Below, in pieces: positions 19,245 through 28,187 of a stretch of DNA of 40,798 nt (position 1 is the first letter of the stretch; each line of letters begins with the position of its first letter). A program made the translations under genes and the position numbers. The notes beneath the pieces are model-generated. The model had not been told where the DNA came from and did no database searches. It was given only the letters and a program-made list of their open reading frames with translations. The DNA comes from Rickettsiales bacterium (lineage in GTDB: Bacteria; Pseudomonadota; Alphaproteobacteria; Rickettsiales; UBA1997): positions 1 to 40,798 of the forward strand of contig CANNFC010000003.1 of assembly GCA_947503755.1 (NCBI GenBank), written 5' to 3'.

Positions 19245-20168
19245 TCAATCATAAGAAGCGGAATTTAGCAACATTTGCACAATTTCGGCAAATGAAATAC
19301 CAAGATGTTTGGCAATTTTTGGCACAATCGAAGTGGGAGTAAAGCCTGGATGAGTGTTGATTTCGAGCATATAAATTTGATTGTCGCCATTTTTGTTGTT
19401 GTTTAAAATGAATTCAATTCTGCAAATTTTTTCGCAACCAAAAACTTTGGCGGCTTTTTCTGCAAGCGATAGCACTTCTTGATATTGTGTTTCGCTAATT
19501 GGAGCGGGCATAAAATATTGAGTGAGACCTGGTGTGTATTTGCATTTGTAATCGTAAAAATCGCCACTTGGTTTAACTTCTAAGACTCCTAAAGCTTTGC
19601 CGTTGATAACCGCCACATCAAGCTCTTGCCCTGCTAAATATTGCTCGGCAATAATGGTTTTGCCGTGTTGCCATTGATAATTAGAAAAATTATAGTTTGC
19701 AGAATGTTTAATAATTTCAACCCCAACACTAGAGCCTTCGCTAAGCGGTTTTAGCACAAAAACAGAGCCAAATGTGGCTAATTTTTGTTGATTTAAAGCA
19801 TCTTGCCCTTGGTGTAATAAATGATATTGAGCGGTTTTAATGTTGTTGCTTTTGCAAATTTGGTGAGTGATGTTTTTATCCATACATAAAGCAGCAGAAA
19901 GCAAACCGCAATGAGTGTAGGGAATTTGCATAATGTCGAGCATTCCTTGTATTTTGCCGTCTTCTCCGCCATAGCCATGCAGAGCATTAAAAATAATATC
20001 GGGTTTAATTGCTAATAAATCGTAAACAATTTGGTGAGAAAAATCGATTTTGGTGGATTGATAGCCAAGTTCTTGTAAAGCGACATAAACCGCCTCTCCA
20101 GTTTTTAAAGAAATTTCTCTTTCAGAATTAAAACCGCCCATTAAAACTGCAATATGTTTATTTTTCAT
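19245..20168 (-). CDS. ddl: D-alanine--D-alanine ligase
   Basis: IAVLMGGFNSEREISL, LHGYGGEDG, LEINTHPGFT. Confidence 0.95.
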   Translation of the reverse strand: MKNKHIAVLMGGFNSEREISLKTGEAVYVALQELGYQSTKIDFSHQIVYDLLAIKPDIIFNALHGYGGEDGKIQGMLDIMQIPYTHCGLLSAALCMDKNITHQICKSNNIKTAQYHLLHQGQDALNQQKLATFGSVFVLKPLSEGSSVGVEIIKHSANYNFSNYQWQHGKTIIAEQYLAGQELDVAVINGKALGVLEVKPSGDFYDYKCKYTPGLTQYFMPAPISETQYQEVLSLAEKAAKVFGCEKICRIEFILNNNKNGDNQIYMLEINTHPGFTPTSIVPKIAKHLGISFAEIVQMLLNSASYD

Positions 20169-20511
20169 TGTTTGCTTGATTATTATTTTTTGGTTGTGAA
20201 AAAATATGTGGTTTTTGGCTAATATTTTTGGCTATTTCTTGTTGATTTTTTGCCATTTTTTGCCTATTGTTTTTTTCTGTTATTTTGTTTAAAGTGTAGT
20301 CAATTAAAACAGGTAACGGAATTTTTAGAGCTTTGGCAACTTCGTTAAGACCAGCAAAACATTCAAGAACTTCTGGTGGTAAATTGATGTTGTAGTGTTT
20401 GGCAAAATATTTAGCCTGAAATTCGAGTGGTGAAGAATCTTTGTTGGGCTCGCCAATATGAATTGGTATATTAGAATTGTTGGTGTTGATGTTAAATGAT
20501 GTGGTTTTCAT
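20158..20511 (-). CDS. Hypothetical 117-aa protein
   Basis: ATG start in an ATGA overlap with the coaBC stop, and an 11-nt overlap with the ddl start. No recognisable motif. Confidence 0.5.
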   Translation of the reverse strand: MKTTSFNINTNNSNIPIHIGEPNKDSSPLEFQAKYFAKHYNINLPPEVLECFAGLNEVAKALKIPLPVLIDYTLNKITEKNNRQKMAKNQQEIAKNISQKPHIFSQPKNNNQANNEK

Positions 20512-21740
20512 AATTTTTCAAAATGAGCCAATATTTTTTGAGCTAAACAAATAGCGAGTTGTTGTTTGCTGATTTTGCCTAGCTTTTGCTGTTCTTCTTT
20601 GGCAATGAAAACAGCATCGGTGTTATTGCAACCAAAAATATTACCATTATCAATATCATTAGCAACAATTAAATTGCAGTTCTTGGCAACTAATTTTTGT
20701 GTGGCAAACTCAACTAAATTTTCGCTTTCGGCGGCAAAACCAACCACCAGTGCAGGGCGATTTTTTGCCCAGCCTACTGTGTGTAAAATATCGGGATTCG
20801 GCTCTAGATGCAAGGTTAAATTAGTTTGATTTTGTTTTTTGATTTTTTGTTTGGCAGGATTGATAACTTTAAAATCGGCAACCGCAGCACAGCCAATAAA
20901 AATATCGGTATTTTCTAGGTTATTTTGCACTGTGTTTAGCATTTCTTGAGCGGTTTTGATTTGAATTGTCGAAAGATAATGAGGTATTTCTTGGTTGATA
21001 TTGCCATAAATTAACAGCACTTCCGCCCCTAGATAATGCAAAATATTGGCGATGGCGATGGCTTGTTTGCCAGAAGATTTGTTGCCAATAAACCTTACTG
21101 CATCGATATTTTCTTGGGTTGAGCCAGCGGTGATGATAATTTTTTTACCAAGCAAAGCTTTTTGATAAAAATTTTGATGCTGAGAATTTTGGTTATTTGA
21201 TAGCGATAAAATATCAAAAAAACTAGTGATTGCTTGGCAAATTTCGGCAGGTTCCCACATTTTGCCAACTCCGTGTTCTTGACAAGCAAGTAGGCCAACT
21301 TTTGGTGGCAAAAAATAAAGTAACTCATTTTGTTGTAAAAAAGCCAAATTTTTTTGAGTAGCAAGATTATGCCACATACTGGTGTTCATGGCAGGTGCGA
21401 TAATTGTTGGGGCCTGATTGGCAAGCATCACCGCAGAAGCTAAATCGTTGGCAAAGCCGCCGGCCATTTTAGCCAAAAAATCGGCGGTAGCAGGAGCGAT
21501 CACCACTAAATCGGCTTGTCTTGTGAGTTGAATATGTTCTATGCCATTATCGCTAAACAGCTGAGTATAAACTTTTTCTGCATTGAGGCTTTTTACTAAA
21601 AGTGGGCTGATAAATTGTGAAGCCGATTCAGTAAGAATAACACTGATAAGATGATTTTGTTTTTGCAATAAACGAATAAGTTCGAGGCTTTTATAACAAG
21701 AAATACCACCAGTAATGATTAGTAAAATTTTTTTAGCCAT
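20508..21740 (-). CDS. coaBC: Bifunctional phosphopantothenoylcysteine decarboxylase / phosphopantothenate-cysteine ligase
   Basis: N-terminal flavoprotein domain (ILLIITGGISCYKS, APATADFLAKMAGGFANDL) and C-terminal DFP ligase domain (GNKSSGKQA, AAVADF). Confidence 0.95.
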   Translation of the reverse strand: MAKKILLIITGGISCYKSLELIRLLQKQNHLISVILTESASQFISPLLVKSLNAEKVYTQLFSDNGIEHIQLTRQADLVVIAPATADFLAKMAGGFANDLASAVMLANQAPTIIAPAMNTSMWHNLATQKNLAFLQQNELLYFLPPKVGLLACQEHGVGKMWEPAEICQAITSFFDILSLSNNQNSQHQNFYQKALLGKKIIITAGSTQENIDAVRFIGNKSSGKQAIAIANILHYLGAEVLLIYGNINQEIPHYLSTIQIKTAQEMLNTVQNNLENTDIFIGCAAVADFKVINPAKQKIKKQNQTNLTLHLEPNPDILHTVGWAKNRPALVVGFAAESENLVEFATQKLVAKNCNLIVANDIDNGNIFGCNNTDAVFIAKEEQQKLGKISKQQLAICLAQKILAHFEKL

Positions 21741-21748
21741 AAATTAAT

Positions 21749-22228
21749 TTATTGTTTTTTTATGTTAACTGCACTGAGCCATCTGCTTCTGGCCCTAATT
21801 TTTCGTATATCGACACTACCTCTAATTTTGACTCCTTTATCTCGCATACTGAGGCCATTTTGCCAAGTGCGGTTAATTTCGGGTTTGGCTTTTGGTTTGG
21901 TTCTTTGTAAAGAATTATTGAGGAGGTTTTTTTTTCTTAACAAAGCTCTTTCTCTTGCCGAACTAACGATTTTTTGTCGGTTTATTTCTTGTAGCCTACG
22001 ATGATGCATGATTATGTTATCAACAAACCATCTTCTTTTGCGATTGGTTAATTTACGATTTTCAGCTCGACTAAGGCCTCTTTTTCTTTTGGTGCCTTTT
22101 AGCAATCTTCTAATTACATGCTCAAAACCATGAATTGCTAAATCTTGCAATAAATTTGGTTGCAAAGCAAGAAGAGATGTTTTGCCTAAGGCGAGATTTA
22201 CACCGGTATGTAAAAGAAAAAAAGACAA
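21749..22228 (-). CDS. Doubtful: very basic hypothetical protein, TTG start only
   Basis: The ORF opens with TTG, and the first ATG is at codon 74. It is extremely Arg/Lys-rich with no motif recognised. It fills the gap between argB and coaBC. Confidence 0.3.
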   Translation of the reverse strand: MSFFLLHTGVNLALGKTSLLALQPNLLQDLAIHGFEHVIRRLLKGTKRKRGLSRAENRKLTNRKRRWFVDNIIMHHRRLQEINRQKIVSSARERALLRKKNLLNNSLQRTKPKAKPEINRTWQNGLSMRDKGVKIRGSVDIRKIRARSRWLSAVNIKKQ

Positions 22229-22247
22229 TTTAACAAAAAATAAAATA

Positions 22248-23183
22248 TTAAATTAACATAGTGCCAACACCACTTTCAGTAAAGATTTCCATCAATAAAA
22301 TATTGTCAATTGAGCCATTTAAAATGTGGGCATAAGAAACATTTTTTTCAATGGCACTGATGCAGGTTTCGATTTTTGGAATCATTCCACCTGTAATGAT
22401 GCCGTCTTTAATCATTTGTTTGGCAGTGGCAATGTTGAGATGACTTACTAATTCACCATTTGGCAATAAAACCCCGTCAACATTAGAAAGAATGATTAAT
22501 TTTGAAGCATGTAAAGCAGAAGCGACGGCACCTGCCACCGTGTCGGCATTGATGTTGAAGGTTTCGCCGTTGTCGCCAACCCCAATTGGAGCAATTACAG
22601 GAATAATATCAGATTCTTCAAATAAAGTAAGCATAGTTGGGTCGACAAAATAGGGTTCGCCAACATAGCCGAGATTTAAGATTTTTTCGATGTTAGAGTG
22701 TGGATCTTTTTTGGTTTTAGTGGCTTTTTTTGCTTTAATAAAATTGCAATCTTTACCGCAAATGCCAATAGCTTTGCCCAAAGCTTGATTAATTTCAGAA
22801 ACAATTGCTTTGTTAATAGAGCCCGCTAAAACCATTTCAACCACATCGACAGTATCGGCATCGGTTACTCTTAAACCATCGATAAAAGTTGATTTCATAT
22901 TAAGTTTTTCAAGCATTTGCCCTATTTGCGGGCCGCCGCCGTGCACCACAACTGGATTGATGCCGATTTGTTTTAAGAGTACCACATTTTTAGCAAAATT
23001 TTTAAGATTATTATCTTTACCCATAGCGGAACCGCCAAATTTTATCACAAAAGTTTCGCCAGAAAATTTTCGTAAATAAGGCAAGGCTTCGCAGAGAATT
23101 TCTGCTTTTTTTACCCATTCTTGCTTACTAGCATGCTGTAAGGCTAAGTTAGAAATGATATCTTTTTCGTAAATATTTGCCAT
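22248..23183 (-). CDS. argB: Acetylglutamate kinase
   Basis: FVIKFGGSAMG, VVVHGGGPQIG, and the INADTVAGAVA region. Confidence 0.95.
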   Translation of the reverse strand: MANIYEKDIISNLALQHASKQEWVKKAEILCEALPYLRKFSGETFVIKFGGSAMGKDNNLKNFAKNVVLLKQIGINPVVVHGGGPQIGQMLEKLNMKSTFIDGLRVTDADTVDVVEMVLAGSINKAIVSEINQALGKAIGICGKDCNFIKAKKATKTKKDPHSNIEKILNLGYVGEPYFVDPTMLTLFEESDIIPVIAPIGVGDNGETFNINADTVAGAVASALHASKLIILSNVDGVLLPNGELVSHLNIATAKQMIKDGIITGGMIPKIETCISAIEKNVSYAHILNGSIDNILLMEIFTESGVGTMLI

Positions 23184-23244
23184 TTTTTGATAAAATTAAG
23201 ATTATAAAATATAAGTTAGAATTAAAAAACAAAATATCTATAAA

Positions 23245-23916
23245 TCAAGTATTTTTTAAAATTTTTTTCATTTCAAGAAAATCGAACTGCCAACCGCGAT
23301 TTTGAGAAAAACAATGTAAAGTGTCAATAAACTGTTGAACGGTAGCAGGATTGTTGTTTTGATGATTATTGATAATGATTTTTTGTAAATAAATATTTCT
23401 ATTTTTAATTGCCTCAATTGTGGCAAGTGTGTGATTTATAGCACCAAGATAATTATTGGCAATTAACAAACATTCAATTTGCAAGGTTTCTGCTAAATCT
23501 AAAAAATGTTTTTGGTTATTAATTGGGGTAAAAACACCGCCAGCGGTTTCGATTAATAGGGTTTTATTTTGATATTGTTGTATTTTTTTTTGACAAAAGT
23601 TTACCAAATTAGCGAAATCAATATTTAAAACCAAATGCGGTGCAATTGGTGTTGGATGATGATAAAGGCAAATATTGTCAATATTTTGTTGATTAATTTG
23701 CTGTTTTGTTGCTTTTAATAATAAAGCAAGATCAGAATTTTCATCAAGAAAATTTTCATTACAAACAAAACCCGTTGCCACAGGTTTTATAGCAAAACCT
23801 TCGGCAAAACCTTCGGCAAAACCTTCGGCAGAATTATTGCAATAATTGGCGGTAAAAAATGTTTTGCCAACATTGGTGCCAATGCCTAAAACTAAATATG
23901 GTTTAATTGCTAGCAT
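23245..23916 (-). CDS. bioD: Dethiobiotin synthase
   Basis: GIGTNVGKT (GTDTxVGKT-like), IKPVATG, IETAGGVFTP and LGAINHTLAT align with the E. coli BioD motifs. Confidence 0.8.
   Translation of the reverse strand: MLAIKPYLVLGIGTNVGKTFFTANYCNNSAEGFAEGFAEGFAIKPVATGFVCNENFLDENSDLALLLKATKQQINQQNIDNICLYHHPTPIAPHLVLNIDFANLVNFCQKKIQQYQNKTLLIETAGGVFTPINNQKHFLDLAETLQIECLLIANNYLGAINHTLATIEAIKNRNIYLQKIIINNHQNNNPATVQQFIDTLHCFSQNRGWQFDFLEMKKILKNT
23792..23830. repeat. In-frame 12-nt tandem repeat x3 inside bioD (encodes AEGF AEGF AEGF)
   Basis: GCAAAACCTTCG is repeated three times on the + strand. Confidence 0.9.
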
Positions 23917-25115
23917 TATTTTAAAGATGAGAAAGTGCTATAAATTGGGCCAAATACTGCAATAGAAATCCAGGCTATCATACCGCCCATAATAATGGTA
24001 ATGGTTGGTTGAATCATACTAACCATTCTATCGATAGCATCGTTGATTTCTTTGTCATAAAAATATTTGATGTTTTTTAAAGCACTCTCCATATTGCCAC
24101 TATCTTCGCCGATTTTAAACATTCTAACCACTAAACTCGGAAAAAACTCGGTAGTAGAAATGGCATAAGATAAAGATTGCCCTTCTGAAACTTGTTGTTT
24201 GACATATAAAATTGCTTCTCTAATCGCTTTGTTTTGTAGGGCGATACTAGAAGATTCTAGGCATTCTAAAACCCCTAAACCACTTTTAAAAGTAATCGCA
24301 AAAAATTGACAAAATTTTGCCGACTCAATTTTGGTGATGATGCCACCAAAAATTGGCACTCTTAGTTTTAAAAAATCAATTCTTACCGCTAAATTTTTGT
24401 TACGTGCAAGAATTTTAATGGTTAAGATAAATATTATTGGTATCATAATAATGACTAGCCAATATTTTTGAGCAAAATTAGAAAAAGCAATCAAAGAAAC
24501 CGTCATTAGTGGTAGCTCAATGTTTTGTGCCGATAAAAACCCAGTAACTTTTGGCACTACAACAGAAGTCATAATTCCCATAACTGCAAACATCAATAAC
24601 AGCCCAAACAATGGCCCAACTAGAGCTTTTTTGGTTTTTCTTTTAATTTCGATGTTCCATTTAATATCTTCTACAATACTAATAAAGGCATTAGAAAGTG
24701 TGCCGGTTTTTTCGCCCATGGCAATTAGCCCAACATAGGTAGATTTAAAAATATCTGATCTTTTTGCAATAGATTCTGAAAACATATTGCCATTTTTGAT
24801 AGATTCGTATATTTCTTGCATGACACTTTTGATGGCACTAGAGTCGGTGGTATCTCGTAAATCTTGAATGGCATCAATAATTGAAACACCAGCTCTATCT
24901 AGTTGTTCGAGGTGAATAAAAATACTGATAAGTTCTTGAGTGGTAATGTTTTTTCTTAGAGTAAATGCCGATTTTGCTCTTTCTTCTTTATAGGTGATTA
25001 ACTCTAAAGAAGAATTTTTTAGCAAAGACATTAAATCGGAAGGATTTTCTGCTGATATTTTTCCTTTAATATATTTGCCATCGGGATCGATGGCTTTATA
25101 ACTATAATTTGCCAT
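23916..25115 (-). CDS. GspF/PilC-family platform protein (type II secretion / type IV pilus)
   Basis: Two T2SSF repeats, three TM segments, ~400 aa and PilC-like motifs (GEKTGTL, GEDSGNM). Confidence 0.85.
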   Translation of the reverse strand: MANYSYKAIDPDGKYIKGKISAENPSDLMSLLKNSSLELITYKEERAKSAFTLRKNITTQELISIFIHLEQLDRAGVSIIDAIQDLRDTTDSSAIKSVMQEIYESIKNGNMFSESIAKRSDIFKSTYVGLIAMGEKTGTLSNAFISIVEDIKWNIEIKRKTKKALVGPLFGLLLMFAVMGIMTSVVVPKVTGFLSAQNIELPLMTVSLIAFSNFAQKYWLVIIMIPIIFILTIKILARNKNLAVRIDFLKLRVPIFGGIITKIESAKFCQFFAITFKSGLGVLECLESSSIALQNKAIREAILYVKQQVSEGQSLSYAISTTEFFPSLVVRMFKIGEDSGNMESALKNIKYFYDKEINDAIDRMVSMIQPTITIIMGGMIAWISIAVFGPIYSTFSSLK

Positions 25116-25668
25116 TTTTGAGAAGTTTTTTAAGAAGAATATCTTTTTTTAATTTTGATAAATAGTCGACAAAAACAATGCCGTTGAGATGATCGATTTC
25201 GTGTTGAATGCAGGTAGAAGCTAAATCGGTAAGCTCGATTTGCTGTTGTTTGCCTTCTAGGTCAAGATAAGAAATAACCACAGTTTCTGGTCGAATGACA
25301 TCGGCTTTAATATTTGGAAAAGATAAACAGCCTTCTTTGCAAACTGCGGTTTTGGCAGAAGAGCTGATGATTATTGGGTTGATAAAGCATTGTTGAGTTG
25401 AATTGCTAATTTCGAGATCGTGATGGCAATTTTCGTGATGGTGATGATGGTGATGATGATTTTCTATTTCATAAGTTAAATCGCAAACTATGATTCTTTT
25501 TAGCACCCCAACTTGCACTGCGGCTAGGCCAATGCCACCTTGGTGATACATTGTGCTAAACATTATTTCTGCTAAATTTTTGATTTCTTGGTTTATTTCA
25601 AGCACGGGTTGTGATTTTTGCTTTAAAATAGGGTTGGGATAAGTGATTAATGGTAATGGTTTTATCAT
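25102..25668 (-). CDS. def: Peptide deformylase with a His-rich insertion
   Basis: GIGLAAVQVG, EGCLSFP and HEIDHLNG motifs. ENHHHHHHHHENCHHD is inserted between motifs 1 and 2. Confidence 0.93.
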   Translation of the reverse strand: MIKPLPLITYPNPILKQKSQPVLEINQEIKNLAEIMFSTMYHQGGIGLAAVQVGVLKRIIVCDLTYEIENHHHHHHHHENCHHDLEISNSTQQCFINPIIISSSAKTAVCKEGCLSFPNIKADVIRPETVVISYLDLEGKQQQIELTDLASTCIQHEIDHLNGIVFVDYLSKLKKDILLKKLLKNGKL

Positions 25669-25896
25669 AGTTTGACAGAAAAGAAATATTTAATACCATT
25701 TTCACTTAAAAATTAATTAATCTAACTTAATTTTTTTGGCTAAAAACCTGTCGTTGCGGTAGCACGACTATTTTTTATTATAAAAGCCTCTGTTTGTATA
25801 GGTATACAGACAATCGTTTTTTAAAGTTTTTATCTCAAAAATATTTTGTTATAATGTGATTTTAATTAGTGTAAATGGTATAAGATAAAATTAAAG

Positions 25897-26502
25897 CTAT
25901 TTTATTTTAGCTAAAATTTGATTGCAAACAATTTTTAGAGTTTGTGGATAAATTTGATGTTCTTGTTGTAAAATTTTGGCTTTTAACGATTCTAAATTAT
26001 CGGCTTGGTCGATTGGCACTTTTTGTTGCAAAATTATTGGCCCGGCATCAATTTCTTCAACCACAAAATGAGTGGTGCAACCGGTGATGGTTGCCTTGGC
26101 TTGTAAGGCATCAAAAACTGCATTGGCTCCTTTAAAATTTGGCAGTAAAGAAGGATGAATGTTGATTATTTTTTGTGACCATTTTGCTACAAAAAAACCG
26201 CTTAAAAGCCTCATAAAACCAGCTAAACAAATTAGTTCTACTGCGAAATTTTGCAAAACATTTTGCAACTCTTGTTCGAAAGCTAATTTAGGATTTTCTT
26301 GTAAAGCAAATTTTTGTTGATCGATAAGCACAGTGGCAATGCCATTTTCTTTTGCCCAAGCAAGCCCTGCTGAGGTTGATTTGTTAGCAATAACAACTGC
26401 CACACAAGCAGGAAAATTTGGTGAGTTGCAAGCATCAACCAAGGCCTGCATATTGCTTCCGGTGCCTGAAATTAAAATGGCGATGTTAATTTTTTTAGTC
26501 AT
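25897..26502 (-). CDS. purN: Phosphoribosylglycinamide formyltransferase
   Basis: ILISGTGSNMQAL, INIHPSLLP and HFVVEEIDAGPII. Confidence 0.92.
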   Translation of the reverse strand: MTKKINIAILISGTGSNMQALVDACNSPNFPACVAVVIANKSTSAGLAWAKENGIATVLIDQQKFALQENPKLAFEQELQNVLQNFAVELICLAGFMRLLSGFFVAKWSQKIINIHPSLLPNFKGANAVFDALQAKATITGCTTHFVVEEIDAGPIILQQKVPIDQADNLESLKAKILQQEHQIYPQTLKIVCNQILAKIK

Positions 26503-26508
26503 TTAAAA

Positions 26509-27198
26509 TTAATTAAAACCATCTAATAATTGCTTAAACATTGCTAAACCATCGTCAGAACCTGTGTAAATATCGATGGCTCTTTCGGGGTGAGGCATAA
26601 GGCCAAGCACATTTTTTTGTTTGTTAAAAATGCCGGCAATATTAAGCATAGAACCATTAGGATTGGCTTGATTACTTGTATTTCCTAGGTTGTCAACATA
26701 GCGAAAAGCCACTAAATTATTATCTTCAAGATTTTTGATGGTGTCGTTGCTGGCAAAAAAATTGCCGTCGGCATGTGCAATTGGTATGTTGATGATTTGT
26801 TGTTTTTGATAGCCACAAGTGAAAGCAGAGGCTGTGTTTTCAACCCTTAATAAGGTTTGCTTGCATACAAATTTGCCAGAAGCATTGCGAATTAAGCAAC
26901 CTTCAAGCAAGTTGCTTTCGGTTAAAATCTGAAAGCCATTGCAAATGCCTAAAATTTTGTTGCCTCTTTCTGCCAATCTTTTTACTTCTTGCATAATGGG
27001 CGAAATGCTAGCCATAGCACCGCTGCGAAGGTAGTCGCCATAAGAAAAACCACCGGGAATAATTATTAAATCGATGTCGTTGTTTATTGAATTTTCGTTG
27101 TGCCAAATTTCTTGCACCTCAAAGCCAACTTTTTTTAAAGCCATCACTGCATCTTGATTGCAGTTCGAGCCAGGAAAAGTGATTACCGCTGATTTCAT
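26509..27198 (-). CDS. purQ: FGAM synthase, glutamine amidotransferase subunit
   Basis: ITFPGSNCNQD, GGFSYGDYLR, GICNGFQIL and MPHPER. Confidence 0.93.
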   Translation of the reverse strand: MKSAVITFPGSNCNQDAVMALKKVGFEVQEIWHNENSINNDIDLIIIPGGFSYGDYLRSGAMASISPIMQEVKRLAERGNKILGICNGFQILTESNLLEGCLIRNASGKFVCKQTLLRVENTASAFTCGYQKQQIINIPIAHADGNFFASNDTIKNLEDNNLVAFRYVDNLGNTSNQANPNGSMLNIAGIFNKQKNVLGLMPHPERAIDIYTGSDDGLAMFKQLLDGFN

Positions 27199-27200
27199 AA

Positions 27201-27449
27201 TTAGTTGATAATTTGATAAGTGTAAGTTTCAATTACTGTATTAACTAGCAATTTTGCACAAATTTCTTCGACAATTTTTTTGATTTGTTCGGCATCGGTT
27301 TCGGGCAGTTCGAGGTCAATAAATTTGCCTTGTCTAACATTGGTAAGTTGAGGATAGCCTAGGTTTTTGTTTAAAACATTTTCAATTGCTTTGCCTTGGG
27401 TATCGAGAACCCCTTTTTTTAAAGCAATGTTAATTCTGATTTTAGTCAT
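27201..27449 (-). CDS. purS: FGAM synthase subunit PurS
   Basis: 82 aa, with GVLDTQGKAIE-type sequence and a position between purC and purQ. Confidence 0.85.
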   Translation of the reverse strand: MTKIRINIALKKGVLDTQGKAIENVLNKNLGYPQLTNVRQGKFIDLELPETDAEQIKKIVEEICAKLLVNTVIETYTYQIIN

Positions 27450-27454
27450 AGAGT

Positions 27455-28174
27455 TTAGAGAGTTTTGTTTAAAAAACGATTGATAATTTCTTGGTAGCCA
27501 TCAACTAAACTGCCCAAGTCTTGCCGAAAAATATCTTTGTCGAGTTTTTGAGAAGTGTTAAGATCCCATAATCGGCAACTATCGGGGCTGATTTCGTCGG
27601 CCAAAAGAATGTTTTGGTTTAAATCGTAGCCGAACTCTATTTTAAAATCAACTAGCTTAATGTTGATGTTAGCAAAAAGTTTTTGTAAAATGCTGTTAAT
27701 GTTAAGTGCTGTAGCTTTAATTGTGGCTAAATGCTCTTGGCTGGTTAATTGCAGGGCATAAACTGCCTGATCTTCGTTGATTAAAGGGTCGCCAAGGGCA
27801 TCATTTTTGTAGCAAATTTCAAAAATAGGGTGAGGCAAATCAACCCCTTCGGCAAGGTTTAGTTTTTTTGCCAGCGAGCCAGCAATGGTATTGCGAATGA
27901 TAACTTCTAGCGGAATGATGCTTACTTTTTTAATTAACTGCTCTTTGCTATTTAGTTTTTCTATAAAGTGAGTGGCGATATTATGTTTTGCCAACTCGCC
28001 CATAATGTGGGCAGATATGGTGTTGTTAAGCTCGCCTTTGCCAGCAATTTCGGCCTTTTTCACCCCGTTAAAAGCGGTGGCGGAATCTTTAAAATATTGT
28101 ATTAATAGCTCAGGATTTTTTGTGGCATAAATAATTTTTGCCTTACCTTCGTAAATTTTGTGTGTTTTTTGCAT
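27455..28174 (-). CDS. purC: SAICAR synthase
   Basis: YEGKAKIIY, the LEVIIRN region and DEISPDSCRLWD. Confidence 0.95.
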   Translation of the reverse strand: MQKTHKIYEGKAKIIYATKNPELLIQYFKDSATAFNGVKKAEIAGKGELNNTISAHIMGELAKHNIATHFIEKLNSKEQLIKKVSIIPLEVIIRNTIAGSLAKKLNLAEGVDLPHPIFEICYKNDALGDPLINEDQAVYALQLTSQEHLATIKATALNINSILQKLFANINIKLVDFKIEFGYDLNQNILLADEISPDSCRLWDLNTSQKLDKDIFRQDLGSLVDGYQEIINRFLNKTL

Positions 28175-28187
28175 AGTTTGTTGTGAA

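Noticed and set aside
21762-22004. 80-aa hydrophobic + strand ORF opposite the basic 159-aa frame
   Set aside because: No motif, no clear start context, and it overlaps an equally doubtful ORF. The coding status of the whole spacer is unresolved, so it is reported only as a finding.
25745-25775. Small hairpin GTCGT-N9-ACGAC with flanking A/T runs downstream of purN, considered as a terminator
   Set aside because: The stem is only 5 bp and sits in very AT-rich DNA, which is not distinctive enough. A nearby stretch (about 25700-25740, TAATACCATTTTCACTTAAAAATTAATTAATC) resembles the TAATACCATTTCCACTAATTAAAA repeat module but is too degenerate to call.
25897-28174. purC-purS-purQ is followed by purN instead of purL
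   Set aside because: Gene order in pur clusters is variable and purL is probably encoded elsewhere. This cannot be judged from one window.
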